Shown here one piece after another: positions 46,364 through 56,102 of a stretch of 64,000 nucleotides of DNA (position 1 is its first letter; each line of letters starts with the position of its first letter). The DNA is taken from NCBI GenBank assembly GCA_943354605.1, contig CALRCK010000002.1:6280-70279 (forward strand). Direction: 5' to 3'. Made by a program: the position numbers and the translations under genes. The notes beneath the pieces are model-generated. The model did no database searches. It was given only the letters and a program-made list of their open reading frames with translations, and was not told the DNA's origin. Source of the stretch: Candidatus Uhrbacteria bacterium. Its GTDB lineage: Bacteria > Patescibacteriota > Patescibacteriia > UBA9934.

Positions 46364-47797
46364 TTACAGCGCATCTGTAAATGGCGTGTGCAGTTCCGAG
46401 AAAACCGGCCAAGAAGCATCGCGAGCATTAGCGGAAAAAGGCACTCCAACGTCTGGCCACGCAATGTCGAGCGCGGGATCGTTATATTGCAGACCACCTT
46501 CCGCAGACTTTTCCCACGACGCGCCAAACACGTGGTATCGGATCCGCGAACCGTCCTCAAGCGACACCCAACCGTGCGCAAAGCCCTCTGGAACGTACAG
46601 CGCTTTGCCGTTTGCAGCACTTAATTCGATCGAGAAATGTTTTCCGTATGTTGGTGAGCTCATTCGAATATCAACTGTGACATCACGAATCGATCCCGCC
46701 GTGCACGATACAATCTTAGCCTGACCAAACGGTGGAGCTTGAAAATGTAATCCGCGAAGAATCCCCTTCGTCGATTGCCCCTCATTAATCTGCGCAAGAT
46801 CCGTACGAAGTCCGAGATTACGGAGCGCAACCAGACTTAACACCTCAGAAAACCATCCCCGTTCGTCACCGAATCTCGTTGGAGTAAATGCGAAGAGACC
46901 AGGGATTCCCGTTTGTTCAATTTTCATCCCGCCCTTAAGCGGCCCGAGGAGAAATCGCGTAAGCGCATCGCGGCGAGATGGCAGTTTTGGACCGCGTGTG
47001 TTGCGCATCATCGTAGACAGTGCGCGTTTTGCTGGCCGTTTGAATGTCGCACCATCGACAGTTGATCGCATCGGATCGATTCCGAGAACAGAAAAGATTT
47101 CTTCCGCAAATCCGTTCCACGTGACGCCGTCGTCTTCGTTCACCAAATGATACGTGCCCGCCGGATACGATTCGTCGAATAATGCGCGAACCGCAACGGC
47201 AAGGTCGGCGGTGTACGTTGGACACGCAAACTCCTCGTCGACAAGCGTAATCGCCGGCTTCGTCAAAGCACGCTGAACAATCAGCGTCACGAAACTCGGC
47301 TTACAATCAGGCGACGCACCCTGCTGCCCAAACAATCGAGACGTACGGACGATGTACGTCGAATCATGTTCAGTGCGAACCGCAACCTCCCCTGCGAGCT
47401 TGCTTTCGCCGTACACGTTTGCTGGTGCAGGAACCGCATCTTCGTTGCTCATCGATGTTGCATCACCGGAAAAAACGTAATCCGATGAAAAGTGAAGAAA
47501 CTTCGCGCCGATCGTTTTTGCTTCGCGAGCCAAAATTCCTGGAGCCTCACCATTCAACTTCGTCGCAACTGATCGCGCCGGTTCAGATTCTGCAAGATCG
47601 ACGGCGTTATACGCCGCTGCGTTTATCACGATGTCCGCAGGATGTTCCGCAAGAAATGTCTGGACGGCTTTCGCGATCGTCACGTCACAGTCGTCACGCG
47701 TCGCCGAAACGACCGAATCGCCGGCTCGTGTAAATTCTTTTACAAGATCCGACCCAAGATTCCCATTTCCTCCAAAAATAACGATGCGGCGATTCAT
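46364..47797 (-). CDS. Fused dTDP-4-dehydrorhamnose reductase (RfbD-like, N-terminal) and dTDP-4-dehydrorhamnose 3,5-epimerase (RfbC-like, C-terminal).
   Basis: The N-terminal half has an SDR Rossmann fold (IVIFGGNGNLGSDL) and YxxxK context. The C-terminal half has a cupin with GIPGLFAF...RGLHFQ and the typical RmlC motifs. The start is chosen at MNRRIV. Confidence 0.8.
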   Translation of the reverse strand: MNRRIVIFGGNGNLGSDLVKEFTRAGDSVVSATRDDCDVTIAKAVQTFLAEHPADIVINAAAYNAVDLAESEPARSVATKLNGEAPGILAREAKTIGAKFLHFSSDYVFSGDATSMSNEDAVPAPANVYGESKLAGEVAVRTEHDSTYIVRTSRLFGQQGASPDCKPSFVTLIVQRALTKPAITLVDEEFACPTYTADLAVAVRALFDESYPAGTYHLVNEDDGVTWNGFAEEIFSVLGIDPMRSTVDGATFKRPAKRALSTMMRNTRGPKLPSRRDALTRFLLGPLKGGMKIEQTGIPGLFAFTPTRFGDERGWFSEVLSLVALRNLGLRTDLAQINEGQSTKGILRGLHFQAPPFGQAKIVSCTAGSIRDVTVDIRMSSPTYGKHFSIELSAANGKALYVPEGFAHGWVSLEDGSRIRYHVFGASWEKSAEGGLQYNDPALDIAWPDVGVPFSANARDASWPVFSELHTPFTDAL

Positions 47798-47801
47798 AAA
47801 A

Positions 47802-48824
47802 TTACAACTTCCCGAGCCTATCTTTGTAATACATATCGTAATACTCCTGATACGCGCCGCTCTTACAGCGCATCCACCATTCTGGATTGTCGCGGTACCA
47901 GAGAATTGTTTCTTTAATGCCCTGTTCAAAAGGAATCTCCGCCTTCCAGCCGAGTTCACGTTCGATTTTCGCAGGATCGAGGAGGTAACGCTTGTCGTGC
48001 TGTAAACGATCAGGAACGTACGTCTTCAAACTCTGTGGCTTTCCTAACGTCTCAAGAACGAGATCCGCGATCTCTTCAACAGACTTCTCTACGCGTGTTC
48101 CAACGTTGTACGCCTCGCCGACCTTGCCTTTGTGAATAATCAGATCGATTGCGCGAGCATGATCGTCTACATGAATCCACTCGCGGCGATTCTGGCTCGT
48201 CTTGAATAATGGAAGCGACGTATCCTCGAGCGCATTCGTGGTAAATACCGGAATCACTTTTTCTGGAAATTGATACGGGCCGTAATTGTTCGCGCAATGA
48301 CTGATCGTGATTGGCATCTTGAATGTATGAAAATACGACATGACGACGTGATTCGCGGCCGCCTTCGATGCGTTGTACGGCGTCTTTGGTTGATATGCAT
48401 CGTCCTCTTGAAACATCCGATCCTCATCGAGCTCGAGCTCGCCGAACACCTCGCACGTTGAAATATGATGGAAGCGAGAAACATTCGCATTCTTTGCGGC
48501 TGCGAGAAAAATCTGCGTTCCCAAAACATTGGTACGAAGAAAAATTCCCGGATCGAGGATTCCACGATCGTTGTGCGACTCCGCAGCAAAATTCACAACA
48601 ACATCCACACCTTCAAGTGCAGCACGAGCCACGGCGTAGTCGCCAATATCGCCTTTCACGAATCGATATCGTGGATTCTTTTCCACGTCGCGAAGATTTT
48701 CCAAATTGCCAGCGTACGTTAACGCATCGTACGCAATCACCGAATCTTCCGGATGTGTCTTCAGCCAATACCGCACGAAATTCGACCCAATAAATCCTGC
48801 GCCTCCCGTGACGAGAATGTTCAT
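47802..48824 (-). CDS. rfbB: dTDP-glucose 4,6-dehydratase.
   Basis: It has MNILVTGGAGFIGSNFVRY, the catalytic YxxxK (YNASKAA) and the typical RmlB length. Confidence 0.9.
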   Translation of the reverse strand: MNILVTGGAGFIGSNFVRYWLKTHPEDSVIAYDALTYAGNLENLRDVEKNPRYRFVKGDIGDYAVARAALEGVDVVVNFAAESHNDRGILDPGIFLRTNVLGTQIFLAAAKNANVSRFHHISTCEVFGELELDEDRMFQEDDAYQPKTPYNASKAAANHVVMSYFHTFKMPITISHCANNYGPYQFPEKVIPVFTTNALEDTSLPLFKTSQNRREWIHVDDHARAIDLIIHKGKVGEAYNVGTRVEKSVEEIADLVLETLGKPQSLKTYVPDRLQHDKRYLLDPAKIERELGWKAEIPFEQGIKETILWYRDNPEWWMRCKSGAYQEYYDMYYKDRLGKL

Positions 48825-48877
48825 ATTAGGCTCAATTCTAGGGCTTTTTGGTGGTCATGGCAATCTTTTTACTAAGA

Positions 48878-49291
48878 TTAGCCAACTTTCTGAAGCTCGG
48901 CCCGAATCGCCTCGGCGGTGGCGGCGAGTTCTTCCTTCGACGGATGCGTTTTGGTGAAGGTTCGGGGAATGCCATTGGTGCGGGGCATGATGTGCAAATG
49001 GGTGTGCATCACGTCTTGGCCGGCGCATTCGCCATGGTTCATACCAAGGTTGTACCCATCGGCTCCGACAGCCTTCAGAATCGATGGGGCGATCGTGTAA
49101 ATGGCCGACATCAATCTCTCGGCATCTGCCAGTGATCCTGTTTCGAGATTTTCTGCGTGAGCTTTTGGAAGGACGAGTGTATGACCAGTGCTCACCGGAC
49201 CGATGTCGAGAAATGCGATGACGAATTCGCTCTCGTAAATCTTGTGGCATGGAATTTCGCCGGCGATAATCGAACAAAAAATACAGGACAT
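48878..49291 (-). CDS. HIT-family (histidine triad) nucleotide hydrolase.
   Basis: It has HTHLHIM, the histidine triad. The N-terminus CIFC is HINT-like. Confidence 0.85.
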   Translation of the reverse strand: MSCIFCSIIAGEIPCHKIYESEFVIAFLDIGPVSTGHTLVLPKAHAENLETGSLADAERLMSAIYTIAPSILKAVGADGYNLGMNHGECAGQDVMHTHLHIMPRTNGIPRTFTKTHPSKEELAATAEAIRAELQKVG

Positions 49292-49301
49292 AGAAGAATT
49301 A

Positions 49302-49329
49302 TTGACAAAATCGTATTTTATGCTATAGT
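49302..49329 (+). promoter_or_regulatory. Near-consensus sigma70-like promoter: TTGACA, a 16-nt spacer, then TGcTATAGT (extended -10).
   Basis: Read directly. It is divergent from the HIT start 10 bp away. CPR/unknown-lineage promoter rules may differ from the sigma70 model. Confidence 0.4.
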
Positions 49330-49335
49330 ATCATT

Positions 49336-49394
49336 ATCACTACAAAAGAGACCCCTGTACGGTTCCGTCCGTATCGGGGGCTTTTTTATTTCTT
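49336..49394 (+). ncRNA. Candidate roughly 55-nt small RNA ending in an intrinsic terminator.
   Basis: The sequence gacccc-tgTACGGttccgtCCGTAtc-ggggg has nested stems and is followed by cttttttatttctttt. It may alternatively be only a bidirectional terminator for the convergent NYN gene. Confidence 0.3.
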
Positions 49395-49453
49395 TTGAAG
49401 ATGGGGTCGAAGACGCTCATTCCCGAGGTATGTTATTGGTGCATTGGTCTTCT

Positions 49454-49822
49454 TCAATAAAATCGAACAAGACTCGCGTAGTCACCGTCACTCGTTACCA
49501 ATAGCGCTTTCTCGAATTTCTTTTCAAAAAATCCCCTCACAACCTGAAGAACGAGGTCTGCATCACAATTCCCTTTTGCCTTTCCAGAACTATCGTAGAC
49601 GACCTCCTTGAAAACAAGAATATATCCGTCTTCTTGCAGTCTTCGATAAAGATCAGAAAACTTTGCAATCAAACCAAGAAAAATATACGCGTCTTGAACA
49701 CCGTGTTTTTCTCGAAGCCAAATACGAAACCGACGATAATCCAAAACCCAACCCTGGGACTCGATACCTTTATGAAGATTTGCACCGTCGATATATGCGA
49801 CAACGTGACCATCTTTCTGCAT
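49454..49822 (-). CDS. NYN/LabA-like domain protein, short.
   Basis: The sequence VAYIDGANL...KGNCDADLVLQ...LLVTSDGDYASLV shows NYN/PIN-like acidic residues. It is shorter than typical LabA proteins. Confidence 0.45.
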   Translation of the reverse strand: MQKDGHVVAYIDGANLHKGIESQGWVLDYRRFRIWLREKHGVQDAYIFLGLIAKFSDLYRRLQEDGYILVFKEVVYDSSGKAKGNCDADLVLQVVRGFFEKKFEKALLVTSDGDYASLVRFY

Positions 49823-49830
49823 AATTATTC

Positions 49831-50163
49831 TTATGAACCCTTCAAAAGGATACAGGGCAGAATACCAACGGCGAGCGCAAAGAACAACCGCATGTCGCCA
49901 AAGAATGCGCCGAGATGCCAGACGATAAGCGCAAGGAGAATACCGACAATCGCTGGCCAAAAGAACGCCAACCGCGATTTCCTTTCTTCGCTCGTCGATC
50001 GTGATTCAACAGCAAGGTCGTACGCACCAAATCCAATAATCGCAATCCACAGCACATGCACGTTCATTGCGTTCGACACAAACCCAGGCCGAAGATACTC
50101 AGCAAAGAGAAAACTGAGATACACGACAAGAGAAACGGTGAGACCAAATCGAGAAATCGACAT
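49831..50163 (-). CDS. Hypothetical small membrane protein.
   Basis: It has three predicted TM helices. The start is chosen at MSISRF, adjacent to the upstream gene stop. Confidence 0.35.
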   Translation of the reverse strand: MSISRFGLTVSLVVYLSFLFAEYLRPGFVSNAMNVHVLWIAIIGFGAYDLAVESRSTSEERKSRLAFFWPAIVGILLALIVWHLGAFFGDMRLFFALAVGILPCILLKGS

Positions 50164-50164
50164 A

Positions 50165-51655
50165 TTAGAAGAGCCGATCATACACCGCACCGCGCCAACG
50201 ACGAAGTTCAAGTTTTATTGCCGCGAACAACGAAATGGGGTCTTTACGGAAGGTGATGGTGAAGCGATGCACATCAACCGATTGCGCGTCGGTGGCAAGA
50301 CCAGGAAGCGAAAGCGCAAATTTGTACGCACCGGTCTCTTTCGCGAGATCGGCGAGATGAAATGTTGTGTCCGCAACCCTCCAGCCATCCGCATTCATGG
50401 TCGACTTCGGAAGATTCGCATACACGTACCGAGTTGTTGGATCATCAAGATTCGTTTGCGTCGTTAACGGCCGAGGATCGGGATCGAAAAACGCCTGTGC
50501 CGAAGGTGCGAACTTCCCCTCCCCCGTCATTTTAATGTCGCCCGCATCAGTAAGCCCGGCCACCGTTCCATTGTCGGGAATCGTTGCTCTCGTCAGAACA
50601 TGGCTCTGCGGAATATCAACCGTCGACGCCCCGAGAGTAACGTGATGCGCGGAGTCGGCATGAAATGTTTCGAACGCAATCGATTTGCTGTTCGTGACAA
50701 ACGACGTTTTCCGATCAACGCTCAAATACCCAACGTCATCACCAACGTAGAGTCGATTCTTAAATGCCATATATCGCTGGCTCGTCGTAAACTGCCGCCA
50801 CACGATGTCCGACGTTCCCGAAAGCTCCACGCGATACACGCCTTCTGGCCAATTTTTTCCATCGAGCACCACATCGTGAGAAGAATATGTTTGATCCTCG
50901 GAAATATCCCCGTCATCAACGATTGCCTTCTCGAGCATCACCGTTCCGTTCTCGTCGTAGACCCGAACGTAGCCTTCGTCCGCGCCAAACGTGCGATTAA
51001 TATCTTGATATCGAAGCGCGAGGTGGAATGCCTCGTTCTTGATGTACGTCACATACTCATGGCTTCCTCGGAGCGAAATGGAAAATGTTTGTTCGTACCC
51101 AAGCGGCGTATACGACGACTCGCGATACGTCCCCGGCAACGTTGCGCGATACGTCACCACCGATGTTCGCGCCGGCTGATGTAATGCGAAGTCTTGAACT
51201 GCGGCCTTCACGTCGTCCTTTACAAAGACTATGAGTGTTGATTCGGAATCTGTGTTCGGCAGCACATTCCACCCAAGATTCTCCAGCCGCGTGTTCGATA
51301 GTGCGCGGAAATCGAATGCGTATGCCGCAAGATTCGTCATGCCACCAAGCTCCACCGCAAACGCATCATGAGGATCGAACTCCAGAGTAACCTCCGCACT
51401 CGTAAAGTCGTCTGACGGTGGGAAAACGGAAAAATATACAGGCTCATTTTCGATCGTAATGTATGTCCCGCGATCGGAATCATGCACTTCAGAAACACGC
51501 TCCGCAGGCAACGGCGCTTGCACAAACGGCGATAACGATCCCGGAGTCCACGATACCGTTCGCTCGCCGCTCGGCGACGCCGACAACCACGACAGCCAAA
51601 CAACGGGCACAACAGCCGCGATGACGATGAAGGATTTTACAAAAAGTTTTTTCAT
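50165..51655 (-). CDS. Large secreted or membrane-anchored hypothetical protein.
   Basis: The N-terminal signal anchor is MKKLFVKSFIVIAAVVPVVWLSW. The roughly 470-aa ectodomain has no recognised motif. It is co-oriented with the GT-C gene. Confidence 0.45.
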   Translation of the reverse strand: MKKLFVKSFIVIAAVVPVVWLSWLSASPSGERTVSWTPGSLSPFVQAPLPAERVSEVHDSDRGTYITIENEPVYFSVFPPSDDFTSAEVTLEFDPHDAFAVELGGMTNLAAYAFDFRALSNTRLENLGWNVLPNTDSESTLIVFVKDDVKAAVQDFALHQPARTSVVTYRATLPGTYRESSYTPLGYEQTFSISLRGSHEYVTYIKNEAFHLALRYQDINRTFGADEGYVRVYDENGTVMLEKAIVDDGDISEDQTYSSHDVVLDGKNWPEGVYRVELSGTSDIVWRQFTTSQRYMAFKNRLYVGDDVGYLSVDRKTSFVTNSKSIAFETFHADSAHHVTLGASTVDIPQSHVLTRATIPDNGTVAGLTDAGDIKMTGEGKFAPSAQAFFDPDPRPLTTQTNLDDPTTRYVYANLPKSTMNADGWRVADTTFHLADLAKETGAYKFALSLPGLATDAQSVDVHRFTITFRKDPISLFAAIKLELRRWRGAVYDRLF

Positions 51656-51665
51656 ATCATTTCTT

Positions 51666-51790
51666 TCCGTCATTCCCGCGACCTGTTCCCCAGAGGGGAA
51701 GGCGAGGATGGAGCGATCATCGCTCGCTGGTGGCTCGGATCCCTTCTTCTGCACTCCGCGCGAATCCCCTACGCTGCGACGATTCGCTTT
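51666..51790. repeat. Degenerate, expanded copy of the GTCATCCCCGCGAAGG.../GGATCCC... palindromic repeat family in a GC-rich intergenic spacer.
   Basis: The sequence gtcattcccgcgacc...ggcgaggatggagcgatc...ggatcccttcttctgc...cccctacgctgcg has piecewise similarity to the arms at 13409-13475 and 20927-20952. Confidence 0.3.
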
Positions 51791-51891
51791 CGCTCACCTG
51801 CAGCTGTGGGGCGCGTGCTCGTTGGAAGAATGGACCTCGCCACTCGTGCTCGCCATGTCCTCGGCGCCACCCGTTGAATCGCTCGTTCCGT

Positions 51892-53487
51892 TCATTTCAA
51901 GTTCGTTACCTCGATACGATACAACGTCTCATCTTGAATCGTTACAACGGACGTGATCGATAATCCCATGGCGCCAAGTTTTTCGTTGTTCAGATAGTCG
52001 AGATCAGATTGCGGGAACGTAATGCCAAAATAATACAGTGGAACGATCGGAGCGAGCGCCGGCACCGCAGCGTACGTTGCGTCCGATCGTAATGGAACAA
52101 TAACTCGACGGTACGGAAAAAGATATTTATCTGCGCGATCGACGATAACGACGGCGTTATATTCGGTATTCGCGATAACCACAGCGCGCTTCTCAATAGA
52201 TGTCACCGCCGCTGCACGAGCAGCAATAAGTCCGTCTGAACCCAGAAATACCGTTTGTACACTCAACGTTGCAACAATCACCACAAGCACGATCGTCCCG
52301 ACGGTGGATCGAAAACCGTGCATCATTTTCTCTCGAACACGAAGCAACGCCAGTCCAACCAAAACACTCGAGGCAAAAAAGAGTGGCAGCCAATATCGCA
52401 CATGTGAATTCCCAATGGTGACGGCTTTCGGATCCGGATTATCCGCAACAGACCAACTTCCGTACACCACTGCCATCCACAGCGCAGCAACACCAAGGCA
52501 CAGCACAAACGTTCGCCACGCTTTTCGATGCTCTTTCGCCGTCCATGCAAACCAAGCGCCGATGACAGCGAGTGTTGACGATACCGGATACAACCACCAA
52601 CCATAACGAAACGCATTCGCAAGAATCGTACGAAGATGAAATCCGAATGGAAGAAGCAAGTGTCCGATCGTTGTAAGCGGCGAGATCGACGCCGCAGCAT
52701 CCGCCGCCGATCGTGCGTCGGGCAATGTGTACCCCGTCGTGAGCGCCGATCCGTACAGCGCAGAATTCGCAAGAAGATACGTGCCGAAAACGATCGATCC
52801 ACCAATCGCCGCTGCACACACAATTTTCCATGGGAATGATTTTCGATACGCGATGAGAACGATTGCGATGACGATCATTGCGATCGGGGCCTCAACCAGC
52901 CGCATCGTCAAACCGATCGCGAAGATCAACCCCGCGATAAAGCCGATCGCACTCGATCGCCTCGAACATGCGGAAATAAAGACCGCAACGCCAATCGCGA
53001 GCAACGAAACACATGCAACGTTCGGCATCATGACTCGCGTGCCGTAGTACCAAAATGCCGGATGGATTAACGCGAAGAACGCCGAGCAATCCGCGAGAAG
53101 CTCATCGCCGCTCAACCTGCGAACCATCCACCACAACGCCGCAATGCCGAACGCGGCAGCAATTGGCGTAAAGAAATATTGAATGAATTCTCCAAGAACA
53201 TATCGAAGAGCCCCGGAGACAAACGGGAATCCCAAAAAGCTTGTTGGAAGGATTGCCGTGCCCGGGGCAATCATCGATCGTGGGTGAATGACGCCTTGCG
53301 CAATAGCATTCAGCGGTTCCGTTGTCATCATCGATCCCGTCTCTGCAAACGTTCGAGCAAAAAACGCGTTCGCACTCTCGTCTGGCGACGCAAAAACCCC
53401 CTGGGTTCCCACCGTCAGCCACGCCATCGTCACAACAACGATTCCAAGCACCGCAATGCGCAATGCCCATCGAAAACGGGTATTCAT
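51892..53487 (-). CDS. GT-C family polytopic membrane glycosyltransferase (ArnT/PMT-like).
   Basis: A 531-aa protein with about 12 TM helices. Its architecture is typical of polyprenyl-phosphate-sugar-dependent GT-C enzymes. The call is motif-level only. Confidence 0.45.
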   Translation of the reverse strand: MNTRFRWALRIAVLGIVVVTMAWLTVGTQGVFASPDESANAFFARTFAETGSMMTTEPLNAIAQGVIHPRSMIAPGTAILPTSFLGFPFVSGALRYVLGEFIQYFFTPIAAAFGIAALWWMVRRLSGDELLADCSAFFALIHPAFWYYGTRVMMPNVACVSLLAIGVAVFISACSRRSSAIGFIAGLIFAIGLTMRLVEAPIAMIVIAIVLIAYRKSFPWKIVCAAAIGGSIVFGTYLLANSALYGSALTTGYTLPDARSAADAAASISPLTTIGHLLLPFGFHLRTILANAFRYGWWLYPVSSTLAVIGAWFAWTAKEHRKAWRTFVLCLGVAALWMAVVYGSWSVADNPDPKAVTIGNSHVRYWLPLFFASSVLVGLALLRVREKMMHGFRSTVGTIVLVVIVATLSVQTVFLGSDGLIAARAAAVTSIEKRAVVIANTEYNAVVIVDRADKYLFPYRRVIVPLRSDATYAAVPALAPIVPLYYFGITFPQSDLDYLNNEKLGAMGLSITSVVTIQDETLYRIEVTNLK

Positions 53488-53490
53488 ACC

Positions 53491-54072
53491 CTACAATGAA
53501 TACGTGACCGCGGCGATAAGCGCAAATCCCAACGAAATTCCCAAAATCGCTTCACCGACAGTTATCAGTGCCGTTGACCCGGCAAATATTCCAAAAAGCA
53601 ATGCCGTCAGCGCAAAAAATTGCAACACCATTTTTACCTTTCCCCACACATTTGCTTTCATCATATCGCCGCCAGGATTCTTTCTTGACAGAAAGACGAG
53701 CGCCGGCAACAAGTCGAGCGCAATGGCGACGAACACAAGAACGGGATGGAAGTACTTCAACGCAACCGTCAATGCAACTCCCCCAACCAACATCTTGTCT
53801 GCAACGGGATCGAAAAAAATTCCCCACGGAGTAATTTGGTGGCGCAGTCGGGCAACAGAACCGTCGAGCATGTCGGTAAACGCAGCAAGCACAAACAGTG
53901 GAATGCCCAACGCGTAGTCCCCAAGAAACAAAATCCACACGACGAATGGCGTGAGTGCCATGCGGAACAAGGTGATGTGATTTGGGGTAATCCAGCGCGG
54001 AACCAACGGAACAAACGTGTACCGCATGACGTAGTCGTGCGGATAGAGTTTCGCAAAGCCTCTCTGTGCCAT
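53491..54072 (-). CDS. CDP-alcohol phosphatidyltransferase family protein.
   Basis: It has D-x2-D-G-x2-A-R...G...D-x3-D (DMLDGSVARLRHQITPWGIFFDPVADK) and 5-6 TM helices. Confidence 0.85.
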   Translation of the reverse strand: MAQRGFAKLYPHDYVMRYTFVPLVPRWITPNHITLFRMALTPFVVWILFLGDYALGIPLFVLAAFTDMLDGSVARLRHQITPWGIFFDPVADKMLVGGVALTVALKYFHPVLVFVAIALDLLPALVFLSRKNPGGDMMKANVWGKVKMVLQFFALTALLFGIFAGSTALITVGEAILGISLGFALIAAVTYSL

Positions 54073-54101
54073 AGATCAATTCGCGTGTACCATGAGGATA
54101 A

Positions 54102-56102
54102 TTGAATACAGTATACGCTATGGCTGTCATTTTCTTGAGTTTCGCCCTCATCCTTGGTCTTTTGACGATTCTTGGTCGCAGAATCGGCACAATGCTCTTC
54201 CCCGCCGAAACCCGCGAACTCTCAACCGCGATTGGAGCGCTCCTCGCCGTCGCATGCTTCTCCATTTCCGGCACCGCGGTGTATTACCTCACATCAGTGA
54301 ATACTTTCACACTCGGTACTACTGCAATCGCTACCATCGGCGGAATTCTCTTCGCGACACGATCGAGATCGATTTCAAAAACCGCCCAACGGGCCGTCTC
54401 TACAACACCAATCTCTCACACTCTTTCGCTCCTTTTCATCGCGATTATTTCTCTCGCAGCCTGGTGGCAAGCAATCCTCTCCACACCAATCACCGATGCC
54501 GTACGCTCACCCTGGCTCGTCCTTTCGCCAATCAGCATCATCGCCCCAGCAGTCGCGTTCGTCGCAAGCTTCGCAATGCTTCACCGTGGCGCCAAACTCC
54601 TCGGCTCCCTTGCGCTTTTCGCGACGCTTTTCTCCATCTTCGCGTCAGCAACCGTACTCTTCCCTCTCGGATATGGATTCGATCCATTCCTTCACCGGGC
54701 GACGATTGCGCACATCGCCGAGCACGGAACCATCACACCAAAACCGCTGTACTACATTGGTGAATACGCCATCGAACTCTTTGGGAATATTCTTGGCGGA
54801 ATTCCGATCGCGGTCATCGACGCGTTCCTCGTTCCCCTCATTGCAGCACTAACGCTCACCGTTACTGCGCGGCGTCTCCCAACGGGAATCGCTATTCTCC
54901 TCATCGCACTCAGCAACTTCACCACAACAACTCCACAATCGTTAGCATATCTTTTTACCATCCTCACCATCATCTCCGTCCCGAAATTCATCCAGCGATA
55001 TCGCGATCTTCTCGCGCCGCTGATCTTCGCAGCCGCCGCGCTCATCACTCACCCCATTGCCGGGGTTCCGGCATGTTTCTTTGTGGCATTCTGCGCAACG
55101 CGTCTGTGGGACGTGTCACTGATGAAGACGATTGCGCGATCGCTTCTCGCAATTGGCGCAGCGCTTGCGCTCCCAATAATGTTTGCCACACAAGCGATCA
55201 TCAGTCACGCGCCAATCTCATTCTCGTTCGACAATCTCTGGAAACTCAACGAACTCCCGCTCACCGGATTTCTGTTGTCCCACGGCAACACATGGCTTGA
55301 TGCGCTCTATCTCGTCGTCGGAAATCTTTCGACCATCATTCTCATTCTTGCAATCATCGGAATAATCCTTCTCCGAAAAGCCGGAACGCCATCACCGAAC
55401 GATAACGGAATACTCATGATTGCTCTTCTCATCTCCTTCGCGATCGTTTCGCTCGGAATCGACTTCTCGTATCTCATCGACTACGAACGTCAAGATTTTG
55501 CGCTTCGTCTTTTGCTCCTCGCAACACTCTTTGCCCTCCCGATCGCGGATGAGACGCTTCGAGTAATCATCGATCGCGCTGGTTGTTCTTCGCGGTCTCG
55601 ATCCGCCGTCGCATTCGTCGCGCTTTTCATGGTGAGCGCCGCAGCAGTCTACGGACTGTATCCACGCCACGATGGTTATGTACGCTCAGCGGCGTTCAAT
55701 GTGAGCCAAGCAGACTTTGACACGGTATACGCAATTCATCAGCGTGAAGCGGAAGATGCGGACTACATCGTGCTTTCGAATCAGGCAACCGCTGCAGCCG
55801 CGTTGCAAGAGTTTGGCTTTCGAAAGTATTATCACACCGACATCTTTTACTACCCTATTCCAACGGGAGGCACGCTCTATCAGTCGTATCTTTCCATGGT
55901 GGACACTGCGCCAACAAAAGAAACTGTTCTTGCAGCCATGAACCTTGCCGGAGTTTCGAAGGCATATTTCGTCGTCAGTGACTACTGGTGGAAAAGCGAT
56001 GCGATTATTGAAAACGCAAAACAGCAAACCGACGACTGGTTTGCTGTTGATGGCGGGAAAACAACGGTGTGTATTTTTACGAACGAAGCGAACGCGCGAT
56101 AG
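54102..56102 (+). CDS. Large polytopic membrane protein, possibly a GT-C-like glycosyltransferase or polymerase, with a C-terminal soluble domain.
   Basis: A 666-aa protein with about 14 TM helices and a roughly 190-aa C-terminal extracytoplasmic-like domain. No definitive motif was found. Confidence 0.4.
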   Translation: MNTVYAMAVIFLSFALILGLLTILGRRIGTMLFPAETRELSTAIGALLAVACFSISGTAVYYLTSVNTFTLGTTAIATIGGILFATRSRSISKTAQRAVSTTPISHTLSLLFIAIISLAAWWQAILSTPITDAVRSPWLVLSPISIIAPAVAFVASFAMLHRGAKLLGSLALFATLFSIFASATVLFPLGYGFDPFLHRATIAHIAEHGTITPKPLYYIGEYAIELFGNILGGIPIAVIDAFLVPLIAALTLTVTARRLPTGIAILLIALSNFTTTTPQSLAYLFTILTIISVPKFIQRYRDLLAPLIFAAAALITHPIAGVPACFFVAFCATRLWDVSLMKTIARSLLAIGAALALPIMFATQAIISHAPISFSFDNLWKLNELPLTGFLLSHGNTWLDALYLVVGNLSTIILILAIIGIILLRKAGTPSPNDNGILMIALLISFAIVSLGIDFSYLIDYERQDFALRLLLLATLFALPIADETLRVIIDRAGCSSRSRSAVAFVALFMVSAAAVYGLYPRHDGYVRSAAFNVSQADFDTVYAIHQREAEDADYIVLSNQATAAAALQEFGFRKYYHTDIFYYPIPTGGTLYQSYLSMVDTAPTKETVLAAMNLAGVSKAYFVVSDYWWKSDAIIENAKQQTDDWFAVDGGKTTVCIFTNEANAR

